NCBI RefSeq assembly: GCF_009914755.1
Contig: NC_060935.1
DNA length: 64,000 bases
Direction: 5' to 3' (one strand)
Source: the human T2T-CHM13v2.0 reference genome, Homo sapiens
Shown: one piece after another, positions 48,779 through 64,000 of the stretch
How the letters are laid out: every line of letters begins with the position of its first letter
How positions within the stretch are numbered: the first letter of the stretch is position 1
Notes under the pieces: generated by a model
Told to the model about the DNA's origin: nothing
What the model saw: the letters and a program-made list of their open reading frames with translations, nothing else
Databases searched by the model: none
Position numbers and translations under genes: made by a program

Positions 48779-49505
48779 AATTTACTTGTTTTTAATGCTG
48801 AACCTGTCCAGTAAAAATTCAGTTTGAGTGATGATATTTTAATTGTAAAAAGATGATAAACACCAGACTTAACATAAAATCCAGATTTTATGTTAATTAA
48901 ATGTTACGTAAATATTCATCTAACATACCTCCACAGTACTTTTTTCCTTCATATATTGGTTATAAACTCCATTCATTTCTTCATATGATTTTATATTATA
49001 ATTTTCTTTTAAAAAATTACTGAGACAATACTGATTTTATACAAGGAATTTCCATCGTGATCTTTCATTTATTTCTAAAATAATAGACTCTGGGTTTTTA
49101 ATTGGTCGTGAAACTTTGATTGCTTTGGTGTCACCAGCTTTGTTTGGAGACTGCTTGGAATATTTGAATGTCAATGTAAACTTTATTCCCCAAAAACCAA
49201 ATTACATATGGCTAGACTTCCTTTTCAGTTCCTATATAATACTTTTCTGAAGCCGTCACGCTACAGGTTCTTATTATTTGTCTCTCATTTTCTTCTTACA
49301 GCCTAGGACCAATTCTGTGTTTGATATATTTCTCATTTTGTTATAATTTTTCAGTAATTTAGAGGTCTTGGAATGAGTTCTGTGCTATTACTGGCAGACT
49401 CTGGATCTGGAGCTCCTCATTACTTCTTCTCCCCTTTTTTCAATACTACTTCTTTCAATTCCCTCCACCTAGTCTTTCCTCTGTCTCATTAGAAATTACA
49501 GTATA

Positions 49506-49620
49506 GGCTGGGTGTGGTGGTATGGGCCTGTAGTTCCAGCTACTTGAGAGGCTGAGGTGGGAGGATTGCTTGAGGGCAGTAGCCCAAGACCAACCTGGGT
49601 AACATAATGAGACCCCGTAT
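49506..49620 (+). mobile_element. FLAM_A-like Alu monomer with no A-tail, fused to the XIAP pseudogene 3' end
   Basis: GGCTGGGTGTGGTGG...GCCTGTAGTTCCAGCTAC...GAGACCCCGTAT followed directly by XIAP exon-6 antisense. Confidence 0.85.
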
Positions 49621-51416
<1,796 letters not shown>

Positions 51417-51935
51417 TATAATATCATTTTATACAGAGAAAATAAAAAAGATATTTCAGTCTTTCTTCTTGCATTATTGATCACATATGCTTTAATAATT
51501 ATTCATATTTGGAATAGTTAAAACCATGTTACTTAATACACAGTCACCTTTTTTGAATACTGATACAGGTAGTGATTCTCAAACATAGGCATTCTGAAAA
51601 ATTTTCTGTAGTACAGTTTCCATTGGGAAAAAACCCTACAAAGTTATGTTGCATTTATAATAATTATAATTGTATTCACTTCATTTCCTTGACAGGAGAT
51701 AAGTTGGATTTTGGCTAGGCTTTGATAAGAGTCAGATCTTCTGCTTACTACATTGCATGTCTGATGATTGGTAGAAGTTTTAACCATCTGTCTTTTAGCC
51801 ATGTGCATTTTAAATTTATTTCTTTTTCATTACCCACATATTTTCAGGGCTTGGCACCCTAGGATGTATCTATATATCATTATGGCCTCTGGTTCTTCAC
51901 CTTTGTGTCATTGACGGGGTAAGTTGGCACAGTAG

Positions 51936-52269
<334 letters not shown>

Positions 52270-53081
52270 TAATGAGCCACTAGGAATCAATGTTCTATAC
52301 CTAAAAGCAACTGGAAAGTAAATTAATGAATATATCATGCTAAACCCAAACTCAATATATCTTGCTAAACTCAACTCTACTAGCAAGCTGGATTCCAAAA
52401 CCTAATGCTGTTCATCACAAGGTGAAGTGTGACAGAGAAATCAGAATGTAAAATGATAGTAATCTTAACTATCTATGGTTAAAATACCTTACTTTTGCCA
52501 ATGTTACCAAAGTGACTATGTGAACAGATTTTGTAGGGCTCTTTTCGAGGTTTGCAAGAAGCCTGTGGTTATGGGGGGGTCTTTATGTTTCTCTGGCTTC
52601 CTTTTACCACCACTGTCTGCTTCCTCATTCTCCACTTCAGCCACACTGCCCTCTCTGGTGTTGAGTGAGCATGACAAGCATGCGTTCTCTTCAGGACTTT
52701 GATACTTGCTGTTCGCTCTGTTTTGAGCTCTTATCGCTAGATATCTGCATGGCTTGCTGTTTCATTTCACTGAGACTGCTGAAATGTCACTGTTGTGAGG
52801 CCTTCCACATCTATCTCACATAGTAACAGTCACCCTTCATGTAACTTATACCCCTGCAGTCCCAAACCTCTGTATCTTTTTTTCATGGAGTTGATCAACA
52901 TCTAACATGTATCTTTTTTGCTTATTATTTTATTGTCTGTCTTCCCACCTTGGAATTTAAGCTTCATGAATGTAGAGTTTTTGTGTGTTTTATACATTGC
53001 TGTATTAAGCCTAGAACAGTACCTAAAATGTACTTTGTGCCATAATTTGTTAAATGAATCATAGATGAATGTGTTTATTAA

Positions 53082-53215
53082 CCCATCTATGCTGGAGGTT
53101 GCAAATTTTTTTTTTTTTGTGAAAAATCAGACCTTGGCGATGACCTTGAGCAGTAGGAAAATAATAACTCCTGTAAGCTTAGCGTTCCAATAATGGAACA
53201 CTAGGCATAAATGGG
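53082..53215 (-). mobile_element. MER85 (piggyBac/PGBD3 MITE), full length
   Basis: TTAA TSDs at 53078-53081 and 53216-53219; TIRs CCCAT(C/T)TATGC; internal palindrome GTTCCAATAATGGAAC. Confidence 0.93.
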
Positions 53216-53288
53216 TTAAAGAGAAGGATTTATAGGAGACATACCAGATTAAACCTAGATGTTTATTTTAAAGCTTGTTTTAAATATT

Positions 53289-53322
53289 TTAGGTTGGTGC
53301 AAAAGTAATGGTGGTTTTGCTG
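53289..53322 (+). mobile_element. MADE1/Hsmar1 solo TIR (degenerate)
   Basis: TTAGGTTGGTGCAAAAGTAATGGTGGTTTTGC. Confidence 0.85.
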
Positions 53323-53602
53323 TAATATTATTTACAAGTAAAACCTTGCTTTATTTGACTGCATTATGTTGTATTTTAGATTAAAAGATACAAAGATTAA
53401 AAGTTGGTGATTGTGGTACATAGATGAAGTACATGACTTATTTTGAACTGCGTGTGAACACTCCTGTTTTGCCAGCTCATGGTGTTGTAATCAGAATCCA
53501 GAAAAATAAATAACTTGAGGAAATCATCTACTTTAAAATGATAAACTTAAATTATTAAGTGATAATAAATACTACAACCTGAAAAGAATCTAAAACAATT
53601 GA

Positions 53603-53948
<346 letters not shown>

Positions 53949-54269
53949 AAATATCTTAAATTTTCTTAATGGCTTTGTTGTTGTGCTGCTTTTCTTATGT
54001 TTTCAAGAAAACTTTAAAGTATTATGCCTGCACGCTAGCATACATTTGAGTTTTAGTGTATTTTTTTAGACACTCACATGCTTTTCTATAGTAGCACACG
54101 CTGTGTACTTCAATACCCAAATACTGTGCGTATTCATACACTTATTTGAAAATTATAAGTAAACTTACTAAAACTTTTGTGTGTTGTCTGCTTTAGATTG
54201 TGAATTCCTGGGAAAGAGATCTTTGACTTTGATATTATTGATGTTGGAGAGCACACTTAAAATACTGTA

Positions 54270-54970
<701 letters not shown>

Positions 54971-55497
54971 GTGGCTGTATCGTTTTGTTAGGGTTCCCAA
55001 CGTAGAAGAAACCTTTGAATCTCTAGTTCTTTAAAATGGAAAACTTTTTTGAGGGGGTACATTTGTCTGTAAATTTTAGTATTAGAAAAATTTCTGGGAA
55101 AATGCAAAATGTGAATTGGTGTTTTTAGCCATTTATAAATGCTCAGTAATTCAAAACTTTAATGAGATCAAAGACTTGATACATAGATTTTGACTATGTC
55201 TGAGGGAAAGTGAATTTGAACATGATCATAATATTTTCTGGATACTAATAATGACCTGATACACTTCATCTTCCTTTTTATCTAAACAGAGCCATTTATT
55301 TATTACTGTATAACTTTTACTACATGAAGAGGGTGCTTGTTTCAGAACAGATAGGGATTTAAAGATTCAGGGAGAACTGAATTCAATCTAAAGAAGTAAA
55401 CTTTTCTTATGACTTGATTATATTGCTTATGAGACTAAGTTGAAATTGTTGGCTTATAACATCCAACAATAAAATTTCTAAATGTTGTGAGGTTTTA

Positions 55498-55827
<330 letters not shown>

Positions 55828-56650
55828 GAGCTTTAAGAAAAAGAGCCATCAGATACAAGTAAGTTTTGATAAGTTGCAATTATTAGACCATTAGTTTATA
55901 GCCTTAACGATTAACTAGCACTTAAAAACATACAAATTGAAGGCAATTGTATTAATACCCATCTGAAAATGTTGCTTTCTTGTTACATGTTAGTTAGCGT
56001 GTATTAGAGTGAAAAGTACCCAATTTAAAAAATAGTAGTTTTCTAGATTTTAAATGTTGATAGTGAATTAGTTATTAAAGGTCAAAATGAATGAAATGTA
56101 TATAGAAAGAAGTATAAAGAGTTAAATATTTTCTCTGGCCAAGATATGTCTCTAAAATTATGAAAAAATTTTCCTGGGGCTAGTATGCCAGAACCAGTTA
56201 CCCATAAGAGAACACTTGCTGTTAGAATTTAACTTTGCCACAGTATAATTTAAAAGAGAACACATAAGCAAAATTTGCACTTGCATGATTTTCCTTTATT
56301 ATATCAGTTGTGACAATAACTAAGTTTTCCAATCTTTCAAAATTTATTATATGCTGCTAACATGTTTAAAATGTGATGTCAAATGTAGTTAGTTCACTTA
56401 CATTTTATTATAAGAAAAAAATTTAAGACATTTAAAAATCCTTCTGTTTGAGTCCTTTTGAAAACTTCTCTGTAATTTTATTTATGCCACCAAACATTTT
56501 AACAGTATCTACGTTTTAATTGTAAACATACATGTAATGTATGTTAGCAATTTGTCTTTAGCATTTGGTTTTTAATGTTAAACATGCAGTGTCTTTTATT
56601 AAAACATCTGTATTTGATTTTTCAAACATAGGTTTGAAAATGGTGATTCA

Positions 56651-56960
56651 GCCTAGGCACAGTGGCTCACGCCTATAATCCCAGCACTTTGGGAGGCCGA
56701 GGCGGGCAGATCACCAGAGGTTGGGAGTTCGAGACCAGCCTGACCAACATGGATAAACCCGTCTCTACTAAAAAAACAAAATTAACCGGGTGTGATGGCG
56801 CATGCCTGTAATCCCAGCTACTCGGGAGACTGAGGCAGGAGAATAGCTTGAACCTGGGAGGCGGAGGTTGCATTAAGCTGAGATCACGCCATTGCACTTC
56901 AGCCTGGGCAACAAGAGCAAAACTCCGTCTCGGGGAAAAAAAACAAAAGAAGAAGAAAAA
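56651..56960 (+). mobile_element. AluSp
   Basis: gaggttgggagttcgag, aacaagagcaaaactcc diagnostics. Confidence 0.88.
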
Positions 56961-56964
56961 AGTA

Positions 56965-57375
56965 CTTTCTCTTGTTCTTTCACTCAACAGAGAATGATCC
57001 CCACAGACCAAGCAGTTCTCTGGAAGCACATTCTCTGGCAGACACCAGCTTAGTGTCCTCTAATTCAATTTAATTCTAATACTGTCTACCTGGAGATAGC
57101 ATCAGATTCCACTGGTTGAGGGCTCAGTTTCATAAGACTGCCTCCACCTCAGATGCCAATAGAAAGTAATAGTTGTTATCTGTACTTCCAACTGATCAGC
57201 TATAAATTGGAGTTCCCACTACCCCCTCTTCAAGTTCAGCTAATTTACCAGAGCAGCTCAGAACTAAGGGAAACACTTTGCTTACATTTACTGGTTTATT
57301 ATAGAGGATATTAGAAAGGTTATGGATGAACAGCCAGATGGACGAGATGCATATGGCAAGATATGGGAAAAGTCT
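56965..57375 (-). mobile_element. MER21-family LTR fragment
   Basis: actgtctacctggagatagcatcagattcc, gggctcagtttcataagactgcc. Confidence 0.7.
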
Positions 57376-57633
57376 GACAAGAGCAAATGTTGGTATGAAT
57401 ATATAGGAACTGGAACTATCATATTCCTGCATGTGGGAATGTAAAATTGTTTAACCACTTTGGAAGCCAATTTGACAGTTTATTAAAAGGATAAACATAT
57501 ACTTTTCCGTATGAGCCAACCAATCTACTCATAGACATTTACTTTAGAGAAATAAATTTTTATTTCTTTTTAAGTTATTTTTAATTGACAAGTCATAATT
57601 GTATACATCTATGGGGTGCAATGTGATGTTTTG

Positions 57634-57708
57634 ATATATATATGTGTGTGTATATATATATGTATATATGTATATATATATGTATATATATGTATATATG
57701 TATATATA
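57634..57708 (+). repeat. (TA)n/(TATATG)n low-complexity microsatellite
   Basis: Seen directly. Confidence 0.9.
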
Positions 57709-60151
57709 CAGCATGAAATGATTAAATCAAATTAACATCACCTCAGTTGTCAGACATTTGAAATTTACTCTTAGCTATAATATATTTTGAAATGTACATT
57801 ATGTCCTTATTAACTATGGTCACCCTGCTGTGCAATATATCTCAAAAATTTATTTCTCTTGTCTCACTGAAACTTATCATCACAACCCCCTCTTCCCTTG
57901 GGCTCTGTTAACTGCCATTCTACTCTGTACTTCTATGAGTTGGACTTTCATAAGATTCCACATATAAGTGAGATCATGTGGTATTTTTTTCTGTGCCTGG
58001 CTTATTTTAACTTAGCATAATGTCTTCCAGGTTCATTAGGTTGATTCCATGTCTTGGTTATTGTGAATAGTGCTGGAGTGAACATGGGAATGAAGACATC
58101 CCTTTGACATACCGATTTCACTTTCTTTGGATACATACTCAGAAGTGGGGTTGCTGGATCACTTGTTAGAGAAAAATCATATGGTATTTTTAGTTTTTTG
58201 AGGAGCTTCCATACTGTTTTTCATAATGACTGTATCATTTTACATTCTCACCAATAGTGTACAAGGATTCCTTTTCCTCCAGGTACTTGCCAACACTTTG
58301 TTATATTTTGACTTTGATAGTAGCCACTCTAACAGGTGTTAGGCAATATCTCATTGTGATTTTAATTTGCATTTCCCTAATTTTTAGTGATGTTGAGCAT
58401 TTTTAAATGTGTGTGTTAGCCATGTTTTTTTTGTTTTTTTTTTTTTTGTTTTTTTGTTTTTGAGAAATGTCTGTTCAGGTCCTTTGCCCATTTTTTTAAT
58501 TGAGTTGTTTCCTTGTAATTGTGTTAAATCCCTTACATATTTTGGATATTAACCCTTTATCAGATGTATAATTTGCAAATATTTTCTCCTAATCTTTGGA
58601 ATCTGTGGGTTGTCTCCTTTTTTTTTGAGACAGGATCTCGCTCTGTCACTCAGGCTGGAGTGCAGTGGCGCAACCTTGGCTCACTGCAACCTTCACCTCC
58701 CAGGGTCAAGCAGTCCTCCCATAACTTCTTGAGTAGCTGGGACTACAGCGCATGTCACTATGCCCGGCTAGTTTTTGTACTTTTTGTAGAGATGGGCTTT
58801 CACCATGTTGCCCAGGCTTCCAATCTGTAGGTTGTCTCTTTACCCTGTTAATTGTTTCCTTTGCTGTACAGAAGCTTTTTAGTTTGATATAATCCCATTT
58901 GTCTATTTTTGCTTTTATTGCCTGTGCTTTTGGGTTCATACCCAAAAAAAAATTGCCTAGACCAGTGCCATGAAGCTTTTGCCCTATATTTTCTTTTAGT
59001 CATTTTATGGAAGAGCTTATATTTATTGTCTTTAATCCATTTTGAATTAATTTTTATATAACATATAGATAAGAGCCCAGTTTCATTCTTTTGCAAGTAG
59101 ATATCCAGTTTTCCTAACGCCGTTTATTGAGGAGACTTGTTCTTTTCCTGTTTTGTGTTGTTAGCACCTTTGTCAAAAATCAATTGACCATAACTGTGGG
59201 TTTATTTATTTCTGGGTTATTTATTCTATTCCGTTGGTCTGTCTGTCTTTTTTTATGACAGTACAATGCTGTTTTGATTAAAATAGATTTAAAATATATT
59301 TTAAAATCAGGGAATGTGATGGCTTCTAGCTTTGTTCATTTTGCTCAGGATTCTTTGGCTGTTTGGGGTCTTTTGTGGTTCCATTTGAACTTAAAGATTG
59401 CTTTTTCTATTTCTGTGAAAAATTACATTGGAATTTCAGTAAGGATTGCATTGAATCTATAGATTGCTTTGGGCAGTATGAACATTTTAACAATGTTAAT
59501 TTTTCCAATTCATGAACATGGGTGTTTTTCTGCAGTTTTGTTTATCAGTGTTTTATAGTGTTTTTAGTATGTGGATCTTTTACCATCTTGGTTAAATATA
59601 CCCCTAAGGATTTTATTTTTTGTTGTTGCTGTTGTAAATGGGATTTTTTTCTTAATTTATTTTTGAATAGTTGAGTATTAGTGTATAAAAATATTACTGA
59701 TTTTTGTATGTTGACACTGTGTCCTGCAACCGTACGGAATTTATTTATCAGTTCCAACAGTCTTTTGGTGGAATCTTTAGGGTTTTTAGTGTATAAGATC
59801 ATACAGTCTACAAACAGAGATTGTTTTACTTCTTTCTTTCCTACTAGGATTACTTTTATTTGTTTCTCTTGCCTAATTGCTCTGGTTAGGGCTTCAAGTA
59901 TTATGTTGAAAAGAGATGGTGAGAGTGGGCATCCTTGACTTTTTCCTCATCTTAGAGACTGCTTTCAACTTTTCACTGTTGAGTATGATGTTAGCCGTGG
60001 GCTTGTCATATATGGCCTTTATTGTGTTGAGGTACATTCCTCTATACCTAATTTGTTGAGAGTTTTATTGTGAAAGGATGTTGAATTTTGTCTGCATCTC
60101 TTGAGATGATCATAAGGTTTTCATCCTTCGTCCTGCTAATGTGGCATATCA

Positions 60152-60469
60152 CAGGGGTCCCCAAACCCTGGGCCATGAACCTTGTCAGGAATCAGCCTGC
60201 AAAACAGGAGATGATACGCGGGTGAGCGAGCATTATTGCTTGAGCTCTGCCTCTTGTCAGATCAGCAGCGGCATTAGATTCTCATAGGATCCCGAACCCA
60301 ATTGCGAACTGCACATGTGAGGGATCTAGGTTGCATGCTTCTTATGATGATCTGAGGTGGAACAGTTTCATCCTGAAACCAACTCCCACGGACCCACCCC
60401 GCCCTGCATCCATGGAAAATTGTCTTTCACGAAACCGTTTTCTGGTTCCAAAAAAGTTGGGGACCGCTG
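60152..60469 (+). mobile_element. MER1B-like hAT element
   Basis: CAGGGGTCCCCAA...TTGGGGACCGCTG TIRs; 8-bp TSD gcatatca/gcctatca. Confidence 0.88.
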
Positions 60470-61015
60470 GCCTATCACATTTATTGATTTCATGTTGAAC
60501 CATCCTCGCCTCCCAGGGTTAAATGCCACTTGATCATGGTGAAAGATTTTTAAAAAACAAGTAAAAACACTTAAATGGATATATATTACTTGTACATATT
60601 TATATGCTACATGTAATATTTTGATACATGCATAGACTATGTAATGTAGGATATCCATCACTTTGAACATTTATCATTTCTTTGTGTTGAGAACATTTTT
60701 CCTTTTTTATTTACAGATTTCTGTAGTGTTGGGAACATTTTAAATCTTTTCTTTTAGCTATTTTGAAATATACTGTTGTCAACTATAGTCACTCACCCTA
60801 CTGTGCTATAGAACACTAGAACTTATTTCCTGTATCTCACTTTATGTTTGCACTCATTCACTAACCTCTCTTCATCTCCCTTTCCCCTACACAGCTTCTG
60901 GTATTTATCATTCTGCGGTCTGTCTCCAGGAGATCAACTTTTTTAGCTCTCACATATGAGTGAGAATATGTGATGTTTATCTTTTGTGCCTGGCTTTTTT
61001 CACTTAATATAATGA

Positions 61016-61177
<162 letters not shown>

Positions 61178-61216
61178 TGAGTAGCTGGGAATAGAGGTGC
61201 CTGCCACAACGCCTGA

Positions 61217-61384
<168 letters not shown>

Positions 61385-61687
61385 TAATGTATTAATTGGA
61401 TTCAGTTTGCTAGTATTTTGTTAAGGATTTTGGCATCTATGTTCATCAGGGATATTGGCCTGTAATTTTCTTTTCTTGAAGTGTCCTTGTTTGGCTTTGG
61501 TATCAGGGTAATACTGGCTTTGTAAAATGAGTTTGGGCATATTCCTTCTATTTCAATTTTTTGGAAGAGTTTGAGAAAGATTGGTATTAGTTTTTCTGTA
61601 AGTGTTTATTAGAATTCACCAGGTCCTTGGATTTTCTTTGATGGGAAACTTTTTGTTATTTATTCTATCTGCTTACTCATTATTGGT

Positions 61688-62101
61688 TGTATAAGGCCAT
61701 TATTGCATTGCTATAAAGAGATATCAGTATCAGAGGCTGGATAATTTATGAGGTTTAATTGGCTAATGGTTCTGCAGGCTCACGGTTCTGCAGGCTGTAC
61801 AGGAAGCATAGTCCTGGCATCAGCTTCTGGGGAGTCCTCAGGAAGCTTACAGTCATGGCAGAAGGTGTGAAGTGGGAGCCAGCATGTCACGTGGTGAAAG
61901 CAAGAGCAAGGGTAGGGATTGAGGGTGCCACACACTTTTAAATAACTGGATTTCACGAGAACTCGCTATCACGAAGACAGCACCAAGCCATGAGGGATCC
62001 AACCCCATGATACAAACACTTCCCACTGGGCCCCACTTGTAGCATTGAGGATTGCAATTCAACATGACATTTCATTGGGGACAAATATACAGACTATATC
62101 A
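61688..62101 (-). mobile_element. MST (MaLR) solo LTR
   Basis: TG...CA termini; 5-bp TSD ttggt; ggaagcttacagtcatggcagaagg. Confidence 0.88.
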
Positions 62102-62219
62102 TTGGTCTATTTAGATATTTTTTATTTCTTCATGATTCAGTCTTGGTAGGTTGTATGTGTCTAATAATTTATCCATTTCTTTTAGGTTATATAATTTGTT
62201 GGCATATAATTATTCATAG

Positions 62220-63370
62220 TTTTTTTTATTATACTTTAAGTTCTAGGGTACATGTGCACAATGTGCAGGTTTGTTACATATGTATACATGTGCCATGTTG
62301 GTGTGCTGCACCCATTAACTCGTCATTTACATTAGGTGTTTCTCCTAATGCTATCCATCCCCCCTCCCCCCACCCCACGACAAGCCCTGGTGTGTGATGT
62401 TCTCCACCCTGTGTCCAAGTGTTCTCATTGTTCAATTCTCACCTATGAGTGAGAACATGCAGTGTTTAGTTTTCTGTCCTTGTGATAGCTTGCTCAGAGG
62501 GATGGTTTCCAGCTTCATCCATGTCCCTACAAAGGACATGAACTCATCTTTTTTATGGCTGCATAGTATTCCATGGCGTGTATGTGCCACATTTTCTTAA
62601 TCCAGGCTATCATTGATGGACATTTGGGTTGGTTCCAAGTCTTTGCTATTGTGAATAGTGCCACAATAAACATACGTGTGCATGTGTCTTTATAGTAGCA
62701 TGATTTATAATCCTTTGAGTATATACCCATATGGGATTGCTGGGTCAAATGGTATTTCTAGTTCTAGATCCTTGAGGAATCACCACACTATCTTCCACAA
62801 TGGTTGAACTAGTTTACAGTCCCACCAACAGTGTAAAAGTGTTCCTATTTCTCCACATCCTCTCCAGCACCTGTTGTTTCCTGAGTTTTGAATGATGGCC
62901 ATTCTAACTGGTGTGAGATGGTATCTCATTGTGGTTCTGATTTGCATTTCTCTGATGGCCAGTAATGATGAACATTTTTTCATGTGTCTTTTGGCTGCAA
63001 AAATGTCTTCTTTTGAGAAGTGTCTGTTCATATCCTTTGCCCACTTGTTGATGGGGTTGTTTGATTTTTTCTTGTAAATTTGTTTAAGTTCTTTGTAGAT
63101 TTTGGATGTTAGCCCTTTGTCAGATGGGTAGATTGCAAAAATTTTCTCCCATTTTGTAGGTTGCCTGTTCACTATGATGATAGTTTCTTTTGCCATGCAG
63201 AAGCTCTTTAGTTTAATTAGATCCCATTTATTAATTTTGGCTTTTGTTGCCATTGCTTTTGGTGTTTTAGACATGAAGTCCTTGCCCATGCCTATGTCCT
63301 GAATGGTATTGCCTAGGTTTTCTTCTAGGGTTTTTATAGTTTTAGGTCTAACATTTAAGTCTTTAATCCA
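62220..63370 (-). mobile_element. 5'-truncated L1PA (about PA5-PA7)
   Basis: L1PA 3'UTR ttatactttaagttctagggtacatgtgcac; ORF2 C-terminal peptides at 62527-63289. Confidence 0.9.
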
Positions 63371-64000
63371 ATGTCTCTTTCATTTTTCATTTTATTTTTC
63401 TTCTCTCTTAGACTAGCTAAGGGTTTGTCAATTTTATTTAAAAAAACTCTCAGTTTTGTTGATTTTTTTATAGTGTTTTTCTAGTCTCTATTTATTTCTG
63501 CTTTGATCTTTGTTATCTCCTTCATTTGTTTACTTTGGGCTTAGTTTGTCTTTTTCTAGTTCCTTAAGGTGTAACATTAGATTTGTTATTTGAAATCTTC
63601 GTTTCTTTTTTGACCTAGGCATTTAGTGCTATAAATTTCCCCTTTAGAACTACTTTTGCTGCATCCCATAAATTTTGGTTTGTTGTGCTTCCATTTTTGT
63701 TTGTCTAAGGCATATGAATTCTGATTTCTGTGTAAAGACTTGTATACAAATATTCTTAGAGCCTTTGGTTGTTTGCCAAAAACTAGAAGTAATCAAAAGT
63801 TCATTAATAGGTGATTCGATAAGCATATTGTGCTATGTCCAAACAGTGGTATACGTCTCATGTATAAAAGGGAAAGAGCTTTGACACACTGAACAATATG
63901 GAAGAATGTCAAAATCATTATGAGTGAAAGAAGCTAAGAAAAAAAGGATAATGTAATCTATAGTAATAGAAAGCAGGTATGTGGTGGGAGAGTAGGGAGT

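Overview
Primate (almost certainly human) intronic DNA from TMEM135 on the + strand. The window holds coding exons 2, 3 and 4 (128, 93 and 34 nt, correctly phased) in very repeat-rich introns. Main non-genic content: (i) a young L1HS-type LINE-1 in sense orientation in intron 1 (2184-8093). It has an 18-bp TSD, intact 5'UTR, ORF1 and ORF0, and an ORF2 disabled by one nonsense and one frameshift; its 3'UTR stops right after the G-tract and lacks the poly(A) signal. (ii) An antisense processed pseudogene of XIAP in intron 4. Its coding sequence stops exactly at the XIAP exon-6 boundary and continues in frame into a tail-less antisense FLAM, so it looks like a fossil of a RING-less, Alu-exonised XIAP isoform (best novelty candidate). 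(iii) About 43 Alus, ERV LTRs (MER41, MER50 plus internal sequence, MLT2, MER21, MST), DNA transposons (MER85, MADE1 solo TIRs, MER20, MER1B, Tigger4) and old L1M fragments. Repeat subfamily names and XIAP exon boundaries come from recalled consensus sequences, not from a search. Most short ORFs in the track are repeat-derived noise.
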